A stretch of 53,143 bases of DNA, filler included, from Streblomastix strix (lineage: Eukaryota), in NCBI GenBank assembly GCA_008636045.1. It is 2 parts of 2 records of this genome, joined end to end, with 100 filler letters (N's around TTAATTAATTAA, not from the genome) between each part and the next. Parts side by side here need not be neighbours in the genome. Positions count along the whole stretch, not along the records: positions 1 to 26,560 come from SNRW01000163.1; 1 more part is not named here. One strand, 5' to 3'. The position numbers and the translations under genes were made by a program. Positions 1 to 13,800 of this stretch are shown here, piece by piece (positions within the stretch are counted from its first letter, which is position 1; each line of letters starts with the position of its first letter). The notes under the pieces are model-generated. The model was not told the origin of the DNA. It searched no databases and saw only the letters and a list, made by a program, of their open reading frames with translations.

Positions 1-3000
1 TGGCTTGTAAATGTATTCTGACTGCAGAATCTCAATGGTTATCTAGTTACTTTGTATTGCGTTGTCTGTCATGCATATTAATGTTTGGATTCTGCATGTT
101 CTATATTATGTGGATGCAACCGTATCACTCATTGCACACTAATGTCTTTGCATCTGCACAATATGGATGGACATTGACATCATCATTCTATTCATGGGTA
201 GCGCTCTATACAGAAGGAAGTGGTGCTTTTGTTATTGTACTATTCTGGATTACATATGTTGCTATTTCATTCTTCTCTACATTCTTTGTTGCTGTATATG
301 CGAGGAAGATATACTTGGCCAGATGTGCAATCACATACAACTTCAAAATACCTGTGAGACCAGGAATTAATTTCAGAGGGAAATAAAATCCATTTTATTA
401 GGAAGTAACTGATTGTGCATATTCAACTTATAGGGGATTTGTATATGAACCTCGATTAACAGAAGATTAATAGAGGAAATTAGATGCACAACAAAAAAAT
501 AAGGAAATAGAAAGAGCTAAAATAGAAAATCAAAATAATATTATAAAGAAACTTAAAGACGAAAAGAAATAATTATTAGAACAGAAAAACTAAGATAAAT
601 TAAAAGTAAAATCCAATGTAGATTAAAATGATATATCTGTCATTAGATAGAATTAACTTCATCCTCTTCTTATTAATCCCTAACCACAAACTGATTAATC
701 TAATTAATAACTTGAAAATTAAGGGAATTTTAAGTTAAATTTATAATTGCCAAAACAGCCGATAAGATTCTCAGAAAAGCTTGAATAATTTGCGAAGTCG
801 GACAGAGCCAAGGAAGAAATATTATCTTCAAATAGAGAATCTACAAAGAGGACTAAACTAAATAATAAATAATCTGTTCTCCAGAAGGTTTTTGAAAAAG
901 AGGCATCAAAAAACGACAATACACATTAAGCCAATGCTAAAAATATAAGTATTTAGTTATAAAAACCTCATAATAAGATTTGGAATATATTGGGTTAAAA
1001 TGTAGGAGGGTTGGCATAGAAGTCTTATAGAGAATAACAGCTAATGAAGAATCTTCGTTCAACTCCTCCATATATCTTACCTAAGATAAAGAAAGTATCG
1101 AATATAGATGCAGCAGTTCGCTTTGTTTGGAACAAATAAGTTCGTAGACGGAAACCTTACATTGATTTTGCTGATTATATATATTAAGAAGGATTGAAAA
1201 GATTTCCCAAACATCCAACACTTAGAACTCACTATGCTCTCTTCCTATGTCATTACTAAAAAGATTGGGATGAAGCCATGAAATAATTCACACTTGCACA
1301 TCAATTGGGGGCAACTATAGACAATAGATGGATTATATTCTACATGTCTAAGATATATGAGTAAGAAAATTCAGGTGCTGATTTAAAGAGTGCAGATGTT
1401 CTTTCTCTGTTTCGATATAAGAACCATTTGAATTCTGCCGAAACAAATTACAGAGAAGCAAAAGAGAAATTTAATAGTGTAATGACAATGCTTTCATAAG
1501 ATGATGATGATGTAATGGTAATATCCTCACTTGTAGATTAATTGATTGACAATGAAAAAGCAGCTGATGATCATTATCAAGCCCTTCTTGAAACACATCC
1601 ATTCTCTATTCCTGTGTTAAGGTATAGTATTATTTATTTGATATGCATATCATATATATTGTACTCTTTATATTTATATTTAATATTATTACATTCAAAT
1701 TCTTATTATTATAGGGGTTATGCATCACTTAAGACTGATATATTCCGCTATGATGCTGAAGCTGAGTTGATGTATAAGAAAGCCAATGAAGTTGAAGCTG
1801 AATTTATAAGGAAGAATCCAAAGACCTATGTTAGTGTAGGAAGGAAGAGAGGAACTAAGAATTCAGTTGGTGCAAGAAAGAATAGAGTTGGCAATGCTGC
1901 TGTATCTGGAGATGATAAGAATAAAGGATAAGGAGAAGAAGGATTAAAAGGAATGTTTACTGGTGATAGAGATATATGGTTCTTAGTTCTTAAATATGTG
2001 GCACCTTTCTCAGTTGTTATATTTCTTGGATTGGGAATTGGACTGTTTGTATCATGCTTATAAAATATTGATAGTATGGAGTCACATGTCATCCTTCTTC
2101 ATGATTTGTGCATTGCTAACAGATTGAATAACGAACTTGCTTATTACACTAAACTGTATGATATATATGAGTTTAGGAGTAATACTTTTCTATAAGACAA
2201 TAGTTACTTAACTCATGATGAAATTGTTGAGAGGATTTCTCAATGTGCAACTCGGCTGCATGATATAGCTATTGTAGGCATTTTCCAAAAACAAAGCAAA
2301 TTCTTAGATTGGTAGAGCACATAACTTACAACATTCTTGATGATACATTAAAATGACATTCTTACATATCAATGGGCACAGAATTAGACACTTGTGAATG
2401 CAGTTAATGGATATGCAACAGATCTTCTCTTCTTGTCAGGATTGGGGGACCGCCTTCCAAGAGATGCAATGAGAGACATTACATCTCAATGCCTAATGAA
2501 TGGACCTACATCTATTGACCAGGGATTTAAGATTCAGATCATTCAACTGAGCAGGGAACTTGCAAATTAAAATAATAAGACATTAATAGTTGCGATTATA
2601 CTGGGCATTGTTGGAGTTTTAATGACTGTCATAATTACAGCTCTTGTTTATGTTCTTCTTACTCGGTTGAACACACAAAGAAATGATGCACTTTTCTTCT
2701 TCCTTGCAATTAAGAAAGATGTGTTGCATAATCTTCAAGAAAGATTAATGGCCTCAGAAGAACTTGATAGAAACGAACTCACAGAAGAAGAGAAAGAAGC
2801 AGAAAGACTCAAAAAAGAAAAAGAAGAAAGGGAGAAAATAGAGCAATAAGAATTATATCAGTAACTCATGATGCTTTTAGCTGCATTGGGATATGATTAG
2901 CCTCAAGACCTCGTATCTCCAGAAAGTTTATCAAAGAATTCTAATAGTTTGAAGTAATTAGTATAGCTACTAACTGCTCAATTCGGATAATTGCTTATTC

Positions 3001-6000
3001 AATCATCTGATAGTAATTAAATGCTTTATCCTTCAACTTCATAAATGCCTTATGGAATGCAAAGTATTGGTTAACTCAATCGCAATTACAGCTCATAAGC
3101 ATTCTAAAATATGCAATCATTATCTGCTTCATAGTCTCCAACATAGAGAAGCTTATCCAGGAATGCAAGCGCATATTTGTAGACTCAGGCTATAATGAGA
3201 TCTATTAACAATGCAAGTAGATCTAATTTGATGTTGCATAGTCCAATGTAAAGTATAAATCCTATTCCTATTGGAAATTTAAGACAACCTTAAGGAATTC
3301 ATTCATAATAAAAATCTCCCAGAGATAACTAAACCATTAATATGCACGGAATGTCTGGATTGCGAAATTCACAGGGAATGAATGTAAATTAATCTAGTCA
3401 ATATTTCTATAATTAAACAGTGCAAACACCATCAAAAATGGGTTAATAGTTTGAAAAATAAAACGATAATTTTCAAAGTCAATCAAATCATCAGATATCT
3501 AGAGAAAATAGTGTAACTAATTTTGCAAGTCGAGTTCATTAGCTTTCTTCTATGTTAAAAGACACAAAAGATGATCTTTCACTTAATGAAAGTGAGAGTC
3601 TTAAAGAATAAATTAGTAGTAGGCCTTGGATAGACTCACGAGCATATTCCGAAAGCAATTAAAATTTAGCGAGTAATGCAAGGTTATAATTATAATCACC
3701 TTATAATTAGTATGGAGTAGGAAACGCAGCAGTTGGTTTTTAGAAATAGAGTTCTACGGAGCATTCTGCTGTTAATAGCGAGCTTGAACTCGAATCATAT
3801 AATGGAGCTACAAAATTATTTGGGAGCATTGTTCGAACTCTTTCATAGAAAAAACTATTTTCTAATTAAGATACATCAAATTCTCAACATAGTTTACACT
3901 CAAAAGAATCAATTAGTCAACATGGATCTCCAAGAATCATTAATTAGCAATCACAAAAAGGAGGTAATTCTTTATATCAGCATGGAATGAAATCTCCAGT
4001 GAAAAAGGAATCCATAGAAAATAGTCTAAATGGGAAGGTGACTTCTTCCCCATTAACTGAATAATAAACTGATTAGATGATTAATTAGTAAAAACTTTAT
4101 AGAGAACCTACTACTCCATCTTCTCAAAATTATATTGATGCTAATTTAAATCGTTTTAGAGAGAGTTCAAATACAGGTACGTAGAATATATCTGATGGTA
4201 GTTAACATCCATTAAGAGAAAGTGCAATTTCTACATCATAAAGACAAGATGATGGAAGTCAAACATTATAGCGTTTATCTCTTCTCAGAAAATAATCTTA
4301 AAGTAGTATAGTACCAGATACAACCAATCAAGTTGATGATGAAATTGCAAATATTTTAGATAAAATGATGGGATAAACATCGTCAAGTGTAATATAACCA
4401 TCTATTTACTAATAGTAGTCTTCGTAGATGTTTGCGCTTAAACAGTAAATTCATAAATAATAATCAGCTTTATTTGGATAACAATCATCTTTACTTGGAT
4501 AATAATCATCGTTGCATGGATAATCAACTTTAATTGGATAGTAATCATCATTGCATGGATAATCATAATCATTAGTTTAACCTAATCTTAAATCATAGTA
4601 ATCAGGAGCAATAATTCATAATAATTTGGAGAGCCATAATTTGTTGGATGGAAAAGTAACATAAGATACAAATAATAATTAGGTTAATTAAGTTTCTTCA
4701 GCTGTTGATAATGAAGGTTAAGTTAAGAATAAAGTTAAACTTACAGATGAAGAATAATTGAAGTAGGAAAATATAGATCATTTATATGAACTTGAAAAGT
4801 AGCTTAATCCTAAAAATCATCCAGTTCTTTTAATATCCAAACCTGAAATCAAGCGCAAACGTCGAGTATTCCAAAATGCTGTTCCAGTGAAAACAATCAC
4901 GTTGATAATGGGTATGTATATAGTTCTAGTGGTAGCATTATTAGGAGTTACAGGAATTGATATAATGACAACATATATTATTAAACCTTGGCCAACGCGG
5001 CTTGGTCTTGCTGGGCTACGTGCAGCTTCAGCGCAACTCCTTCATTTCCTTTCATTGCACTTACTTATTGAGTCTGAAGGAGTTCTTAATGATTCTTTTA
5101 ATCTACGCTCTTCTCCAGGTTGGCGTGGATTGGAGCATTTGAATGTTGATCGTGAAATTGTGATGCAAGTATTTGGCAACTTCACTGAATATCTTCGCCA
5201 TCTTCATGATTTATCACGATTTGGTGAAGTTGTAGAAATTGGAGATGAAATTCTTGATCCTGCAATTGTATATGATACTTTTGGGATAAAAAATGTTCAC
5301 GATACGCTATTTTCTCCATCAGCATGCTTTATGAGCAACTAAACAATATGTGAGTAACGTCCTGATCGTATGCCTACTACATCAATGGGATAAGGTGTTA
5401 TGATTAATGGAGTTGAACAAATGATGTAGTAACTTTTCCGTTCTGCTGAACTAATTCTTCTACGAGGCATATAGGAATTAAATTCAAAACAATCTGCACT
5501 AATATACATAAATACAGCTTTATCATTTGATCTTGGTGATGGATTAGATAAAATAGCTGATGTCCTTGCATCTGATGGTACAAGCAAAGTTAGTACATAA
5601 CGCATTTTTTTAATAATAGTAAGTGTAGCTGATATGCTAATAATATTAATAATCTTTGCATATATCTTTTTTCACATTCAATCAAAACTCGATCATGTTT
5701 CCTATAAAACTGGTCGGATTCGCGAACTAATTCCAATGGAAGAAACTATGGCAATTCGTTGGAATAAGCTATTTGTTCTTGGAGAAGCTAAAATGGATGA
5801 TTTGCATTAAGCTGTTGTAGAGAATGCTGGTGAAATGATGTCCCATATGATTAAAGGAGAAGATCGCCTGGTATTAAACATTGCAGAATAATCCTTGCGT
5901 GCTCTTCAGTAGCACAGAGAATATGAGTTAAAGACTTTTCCTTCAGACCTTGGAGATGATTTTCTTGAAGGACATAAGCAATTATTGCTTGAAATGGAAA

Positions 6001-6212
6001 AACAATTTGAATTTCTAATGAAAATGTTTGAAGATGGATTTGATGTGAAAGATGGAATGTCTGCACTCTTCTCTCACTTCATAGACATACACATTAATGA
6101 GGATGATAGGATAATTCTTGAATATGGGAAACTTTTAGCCAGTGAAGGCATTTCAAAGGGAGACATTAAGAAATAGAAAAATGAAGAAAGTAAAGATGTT
6201 GATATATCTTGA
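1..6212 (+). CDS. TmcB/TmcC-like multi-pass membrane protein with TPR region, Q/N-rich linker and C-terminal hemerythrin-like domain (5'-partial)
   Basis: With TAR=Gln one frame links the ORF pieces at 57, 1542, 2622, 4887 and 5985 and ends at TGA 6210-6212. It has N-terminal TM helices, a TPR-like segment (ADYIYQEGLKRFPKHPTLRTHYALFL), further TM segments, and a C-terminal W..G..MDDLH..HREYE..H..HINEDD pattern. One intron at 1622-1714. The family name comes from my recognition of the architecture. Confidence 0.8.
1622..1714 (+). other. spliceosomal intron, 93 nt, in-frame and stop-free
   Basis: GTATAG...TATAG, very AT-rich; removal joins PVLR|GYASLK. Confidence 0.75.
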
Positions 6213-6406
6213 ATTGCACAAATAGTATCAGCTTATAGCACCAGCATCTTTTTATTTATTTTTAATAATAAAAGAAATAAAATAATGAAATTAATAATAT
6301 TTTTTTATTTAGAAGTTACTAAAATACAATTAGTCGATTTAAATAACAAGATACCATATGTTTAATTCTGAATGTTTGAATTCAATTCAATGAAAGTATT
6401 TACTCA

Positions 6407-7627
6407 TCATTCATCATTGAAAATTGTTTCTAATCCTGATTATTATGAACTTTTAAATTTTGGATCTCCTTTATTATGATTTAAAATTTGAATTTATTTT
6501 TAAATAAATCTCGATTTTTCTATAATTTCCTTTGTCTGTTTCTTTTATAATATATTATTATGAAAGGATTTTTTTGACTTTTGTTTTTAATTCTTATTTT
6601 TTTAGTTATTTTAATAATTATTTATACTTTAATTTATGTTCATTATTGTTTATTTCTTTTCTCCACTTTTAATTGGTTAAATCATGGATTATGTATTCTG
6701 TATATTTTCTAATTATTATTCATTATTTTTGATGTATGCAATTTCAAATAAATGAATATTTTTCTTTTCGTTTATTTCTGGAAAATTATTATTTATTAAT
6801 TTTATATTATTTTGCTATTAATTAATTTATTCTACCTCAATTTAATTAGAAATTTTGTTTTCATGATTAATTTATTTTTCCAAATCTAAATCTTTCTTTT
6901 CATTTTTCGACTCTAATGATCCAATTTCTTTAATTTTTAATTTATATATATTTTTCTCATTTTTATTCCTTTTTTCTTCAATTTATTCTTAATAACTGTT
7001 TTCTGATTCTATACTTAATATTGAAGAAATAGATGAAAATGATTAAATTGATGAATTGAGTGATAATATTTCAATTGATTATCTCTTCATAATTTCATCT
7101 TTCTATTACTTCTATCCTTTTTGTAAATTTTATTCAAGAAAGTCAATTTAAATTTATTTCGAATTAATATCTATTATTCTTTTAAGCCTTTCATTTTCAA
7201 TCATAAGTTGATGATTTTTTACTTTCTCAGATTCAAAATCTGCATTTATCTTAGTTATTTATGTTTATAAATTCTCTATTACTGAATACAGAATAGAAAT
7301 CTAATCTTAATCATTTATTCATAATTATTATTCTTATTAAATTAGTCCTTTCGTTTGTTTTCTTTTATTATCAGGTTTTTATTTTTATGATAAAGCAGTT
7401 TATAATAATTAAATTTAATATTTCAAAGATTTAATTTGATTATTATGATTAGTAAGATTATTTATTGTATTCTTCTTTTCAAAATTTATTGATTAAGTCA
7501 AAGATTATATTAAATGATCTTTTTCTTCTATATTTAATAATAAATTTTATTATTGTCTGATTTTTTACTCTAATTCCCATCGTAACGCTTCAATTTCTAT
7601 TTTTAAAATTTGATTTTCACTATGCAT
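6407..7627 (-). CDS. hypothetical coiled-coil protein (~406 aa)
   Basis: ATG 7627 (MHSENQILKIEIEALRWELEQK) and TGA 6409-6407 are in the same frame with TAR=Gln; K/E/Q/N-rich, heptad-like composition. The interior was only spot-checked. Confidence 0.65.
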
Positions 7628-8266
7628 TGTCTAATATTCATAAATAAAAATAAAATAAAATTTTATAATTTTATTCTCTTTAAAGTTGTTAATATATGTG
7701 TTTAAATTGCAATTTTGAGTATTATAATAGAATAACTACATAATTACATAAATAATAAGCATTAATTATATCTATATCCTGCGCAGCGATAAGATTAATA
7801 AAAAAAATTTAAAAAACATAATAAAAGATTTATATCTAAATGTTTATATATATAAACATATAATTTGGGGATGCCAGAAATGTCTATCTCATTCTCCTCA
7901 AATCATGCCCCCAATTTTCTTATTGCGCCACTTTATTGAAAATTAATAAAAATAAATAAAAATAATTTCTTTATAAATAAGTTCTATATTTTGTTAATAT
8001 TACATTATCTGTATTTTAATTAATTAATATGAATATTTGCTAGCATATTTGAATATAATTATTAATACTTAACATATATCAGACGAAATACGCGAATTTT
8101 AAATTTTTTCATTTTACCAACACCTACAATATAATTTGCACAAAATAATTATTACATTCTTTTATATATCATAATATTTGAATTTTAATTTTCAATTCAA
8201 TATAATTTAATTACGAATAAACACAAAAACGATTTTCTAAATAGTTTTTTTTATATAGATTTTAGA

Positions 8267-10771
8267 ATGGATGAATAAGAAAATAACAGACAAGAGATTG
8301 TTCGCTTAGCATTTAGCGTTCCAAGCATTATTGCAGAATAAATTATAAAATAAAAATTAAATGAAATTGATAACTCTGATGAAGAAGAGAGAAATTTTTT
8401 GATTGTCTTACTTAGAGCAATCCGACCTACGCGAAGAATGAGACTTCCATAATATTAAACATTTGATGATGTATTCAATTATTAAACCCTACCATATTAT
8501 TTAATTTATTTCTAATATTATAAAAAATATATATTCTTATAATTCTTTTGCAAGGCTGTTGATCTTATTAGAAATAGCAAACGTATAGTTGTAATTGTAG
8601 GTGCTGGAATAAGTGTTTCATGTGGAATTCCTGATTTCAGATCTAAGGGAGGTTTTAATAAAAAATATTTTAATTAAATTTAATTATTACTATGTTTATA
8701 TTTTAGGATTCTATGAAATGATAAGGAAGCATGGGTTAGATTAACCAGAACTAATATTTGATTATTAATTTTTTTAAAGAGATCCATCATTATTCTATCA
8801 TTTTGGAAAATCTGTACTCCCTTCAAACTTCATTCCCAGTTTCACACACTTCTTTCTCTCTTGGCTCGACTAAGCTGGAAAGATTCTGAGGATATTTACT
8901 CAGAATATTGACAATCTGGAGAAGAAGGCTGGTGTTCGTAATGTAGTTCAGTGTCATGGGTCAATGGGAGATGCTTCGTGCTTGCGATGCGGTCATCGTG
9001 TGCGAATCGAAGACATTCAAGATAAATTAGAAAGGGAAGTATTTTATATTCAAATATTTTTAAATTCTTTATCATAAATTTTTTTTAGGAGATTGCATAT
9101 TGTCGAATATGTTGTCCAGATGGTAATTTTACAAATAAAGACGATTATAATTTTCTTTATAATTCTTAAAAGGAAATTAATCAAGGAAATGATAATTTAT
9201 TGAAATTGAATCCTGAAAAAATGAAATTTTAAGAAATAGATAATGATGATAAGTAAAGTAAAGATTCAGATTATATTGAGAATATAGAATCTGAATATGA
9301 GAACAAAATTGATGAACACATACTTAAATCTCTTCCTCCAATTCCATAAGAGCGATTACCAGTATATAAACCATCAGTTGTATTCTTTGGTGAATAATTA
9401 CCTCTTGCATTTCATTATACGCGTAGTAAATTATTGAGAAACCTTAGTTAATATAATATTGAAAATTTGCTTATTGATGACGAAGAAGATTTACATTCAG
9501 ACGCAAATATTGAAAACGAGAATGATGCAGATTAAATAACAGATAAGGACGTATGTGATTGCCTCATTGTAATCGGCAGCAGGTTTGCATCCCCCCTTAT
9601 TTTTAAAGATATTATATATATTTTTTTCAAGTCTTGAAGTTAAACCAGTTTGTACATTAATTTATGAGTTTGACGAGGTTTAAGAACTTTCTAAAACTGG
9701 TTAAGAAGAACAAGAAAATGAAGATGAAATGAATAGATAAATAATTCACAAATAGATTCCACAAATTCTAATAAATCGAGATATTGTTGGTTAGCGCAAC
9801 CACTTTGATATTAACCTCCAAGGAGATTGTGACGATATATGTCTTGAAATTGCTCGAAGTTTGGGAATACCAATAGGTTCTCTGGAAAATGAAAGAAAAA
9901 TAGAAATGATAAAAGATATGGAAAAGGATAATATTGAAAGTACAAAAGAATAAGAACAACAAAATGATGCATATAGCCGAGCAATTCCATTCACACTCTA
10001 AGAACGTAAAAGAGAAATATTGAGAATAGAAAATGAGTATAGGCAGAGACATGGATTAGAGGTTTTATAATAAGAAAGTATTGATAATTAGATTAAGAAA
10101 GAAGATAGTAATTAAAAGGAAACTAAAATGATTAGATAGAAGGAGAAGAAAGAATCATATGAAGGTACTATATATATTGATGATGAAGAAGATGAAGACT
10201 AAATTATGAGGATTTAATTATCATCAAATACAACACTCATCAAAAAATTATCTGGTATTTTAAGTAATATTTTTAATATTTTCATTTATTTTCTCTTTAA
10301 TTCAATAATTTTATTGATTTAGATATGAAGAGGATGATTGAAATTGAGAATGATGAAGAAGAAATTTAGGAAGAATTGAATGAAAAAGAAGAATAATTAG
10401 CAAAAGAAAAGGAAGAGAAATAGAATAATTTGCAAAGTGAAGTAGAAGGTATGGCTGGTAGTGATAATGATGGTGAAAATGAACATTTCAAGCATCATTA
10501 GGATCTTAAGCGAAGTAAAGGAAATACTAAAAATTAGTAACAAAGTAATATGGAAGATTTTAGTTAAAATAAAAATAAGAATAAAAAAGATTTGCTACCT
10601 GTTCTTGGAGATAGACATGAAGGATTGAGTAGATCATTTGTCCTTGCAACTTCATGTAAAGGATAAGTAGAAGTAACTGAATTTTCTGATTCCGACGAAT
10701 CGCAAAAAATGAAAAATATTATAAAACCCAATTAGCATAAGTAACATCATCAGAAAAAGCCTGGTAATTGA
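8267..10771 (+). CDS. SIR2: Sir2-family NAD-dependent protein deacetylase (class I, SIRT1/Sir2-like)
   Basis: Motifs [28 protein letters not shown], Zn ligands [36 protein letters not shown] introns at about 8471-8554, 8652-8706, 9039-9088, 9583-9631 and 10255-10322. TGA at 10769-10771. Confidence 0.92.
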
Positions 10772-10886
10772 TTTTATTATAAATAAATAGTTAAAAGATT
10801 TGCAAATTTGATTATATAATTACATTTTTATTTAATACGAAGTTCAAATTTAAGTAGTGAAACTCATAGGTGCGAATTATCAAATT

Positions 10887-13800
10887 TCATGTTGTATTCA
10901 AAATGGATTTTTGATTTATTGTCTGTTTCTTTGAATCCTTCATAATGCGTAATTCGTGTTTCTTCTTATTCATCAAGTACATTCCCTTAAAAGTATCCCC
11001 AGATATACTTATATCGTCAGAGCGGACGGAGAAACCTCTAATTGTACGAATGATATTAGGAAGGAGCCAGCAAATAGTTGATAAAGAACCTATCAATACT
11101 TCTATTACAACAACAAAGACGTATATTAAAGTGGCTTTCAATATTCCTTGACGAGCCAAACCAGTAATCATTTGTTCCCATTGTTCCATCATTGAAGGAA
11201 GTGCTCGTTGTATATCAGAGGAATAAATCATCACAAATGATGAATGATTCATCAATAAATTCTCATCGTCTTTGTTTCTTTTACTTTCATTTAAATGCGA
11301 CGTAGTATTATTTAGATCTTATTCCTAATTTATGCGAGTTAATGAAGATTCATATTAAGCTATTTGTAAATCAAGTTTTGATTCTTCAATTTGTAATGAA
11401 TCAAAGATGAGATCAAAGGTGCTTTCAATAAAGGCATCAAAAAGATCATTAAGTGGAAGAGAGCCTGAAAGTTCTTCGTTTAATCGGTCTTATTCAATTT
11501 ATTCTTGTTCAGTTTGCTATGCGAGTATATCCTGAAGACTTGGTTCATTTGAAGTTAATTACATCTTATTTTTAGATTCAGAAACAATAATATCTTTAAG
11601 TTAATTCATCTAATTCATTTTTCCTTAAAAGGATTATTCTATATAATTCTATTATTAACCAATTTCATCTTATTAAGCAGATTCATCACCATTATCCATT
11701 GAAAAATCATCCAAATTATTTCTAAATTTACGAAGTCCTCGAACAATAAATTTATCAACTTTATTGTCACCAGTAAGTGGAAGTAAGGAAAGTAAAATAG
11801 ACTGATCTGAAGGATAGTTGACTTCTTCATCTAAGAAAAAATTTGATTTAGTTTTGAATCCAATATTATTTAAGTCGGACAGGTTTAATTTAGTCTTTAT
11901 AAATTATTCCCAACGCTTATCTAATTTTCTTTAGCGATCCATTGCCTATTATCCTCGGATAGCTCCATTAATCATTGAAGTTGTTTAAGTTTCCTTTTCA
12001 TCTCGGTTATTGATTCTTTTGTTCCCAAAACGAATAATGTGATGAAGGACATAGAGGAATTGATTGTTCTTAATCAGCAACATCCTTAGTCTGTTATTAT
12101 TGTCTTAAACGTGAGCAAGAAAGTCCCTCTTCAGTGGCGGCCGTATTCCTGCTCTCTCAGATTGAATAGGATCAACACTTTCAGACCCACTTAGCTCTGT
12201 TATATTCCAGACTGGTGATGAGCAAATCCCTCCTCTGCAAATGTCCCGTTTCTTTTCAGCATTTCCATAGAAAATATCAAATCTACTAAAAAAATCTTAG
12301 TCATAATTCATTTATTCTTCATTATTTGATGAAGTAAGAGGCATAATTCCGTCTTAAAATACATAAGCATTTGCAAAAATAGGGAAACTGTTCAATACAA
12401 GTTATTGAGATAAGAAAATAGAATGAAGATAAGAAACTGAACGCAATGAACCAGCAAGAAGCACAGATGTCAATGATGATGTGGATGATTCATCCTCTTT
12501 TGCATCAACAATAATTGGTTTCTTAGAAGTTGGAATTGTGTCTGAAAGTGGAACATTTCGAGGCTTAATTTGGTTTTTCATTTGTGGTGCAGAATCGGAT
12601 ATAGCTATATACATCGTTATTACAAAGGCTATAATAGCTGAAACTAGAAAAAACCCAACTAGAATCATCTTTAAGTCAATCATTGTTCGAGGCATCAAAT
12701 GGTCGAGTGTATTTGGCAGGCGAGATGTAAATTCTTCATCCAAATCATTTCCTTTAACTTTAGGCTAACCTCTTGAAACATTTTCCTAATTCGCTTTATC
12801 AGTTGCTTATTATGTTACATTTTTCTCGTTTATTTCATTTTTTTCAGTTTATTAGCCGTTTATTATGACTGTATTATTTTAAGAGATAAAAGAGTCATCA
12901 ATAGCATTTAATGATTGATTTGAACTTAAGAGATTGATTTAAGATAAAAGAGAAGAATTTCTAGCTTCACTTTAAGGATAATTTTAATTTTAATTATTAT
13001 TATTCTGAATTTACAATTCATTTTGTGAAAGTTTATGAGAATTTAATTAAATTTTAGAATTATTATTTTAATTGTTTAAAAATTTACCAATTTAACTTAA
13101 AGATTATTATATTTGTAGTCCTTATTAGTGAAGTTACTTAGGAGCATGTGTAATTGATGGTAATTGTGCATTATTTAACAATTCCAATTCATTTTTATCG
13201 AACAAATCATTTCCAATCTCTTATTAAAGTTATTATATTGTAATTTGCTATTTATTAATATTGTCCATATTCTAAGTCTGATCAAGGATTTCATTTTCAT
13301 CTTCATTAGCATCATTATCTTCAAAACTATGGGCTATAAACTCTTGAATTGTGTGGCATGAAGCATCAGCAGGTGTATATATAACTCTTTCCTCAGCAAG
13401 TTGTGTAATTTCTTAGGTATTGAATATATCTGCAATCTCTCTCAAAGCAGTCATTCTCTCATTTAATAATGACGTCTTTGCCAAATATGTGGATGTAATA
13501 AGGAGAATAATCAGTGCAACACTCCCAACAATACTAATAATAATCATTATAGTTATTCCAAGGTTAGCTAATAGCTGCTATTTCTCAACAATACGAACCA
13601 TTTCAGATTTCAAAGCTTCATTTGCAAGAATTGCTGTATTTAGCCAAATATTGATACATGAAGTGAGAAAATGGTGTTTGGTTGAAGTTAATAAATTAAA
13701 TTAATCATTTGCATCAATGAAATAGGAATTATTGTTTTATTTTGAATCTGTTTATTAATTAACAATATTTAATGGAGATGATGATTATTTCTTATATTTT

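Noticed and set aside
7860..7935. GC-richer patch with imperfect GGGG/CCCC inverted repeat between divergent genes
   Set aside because: The stem is short and imperfect with no recognisable tRNA or snoRNA boxes, so an ncRNA cannot be supported.
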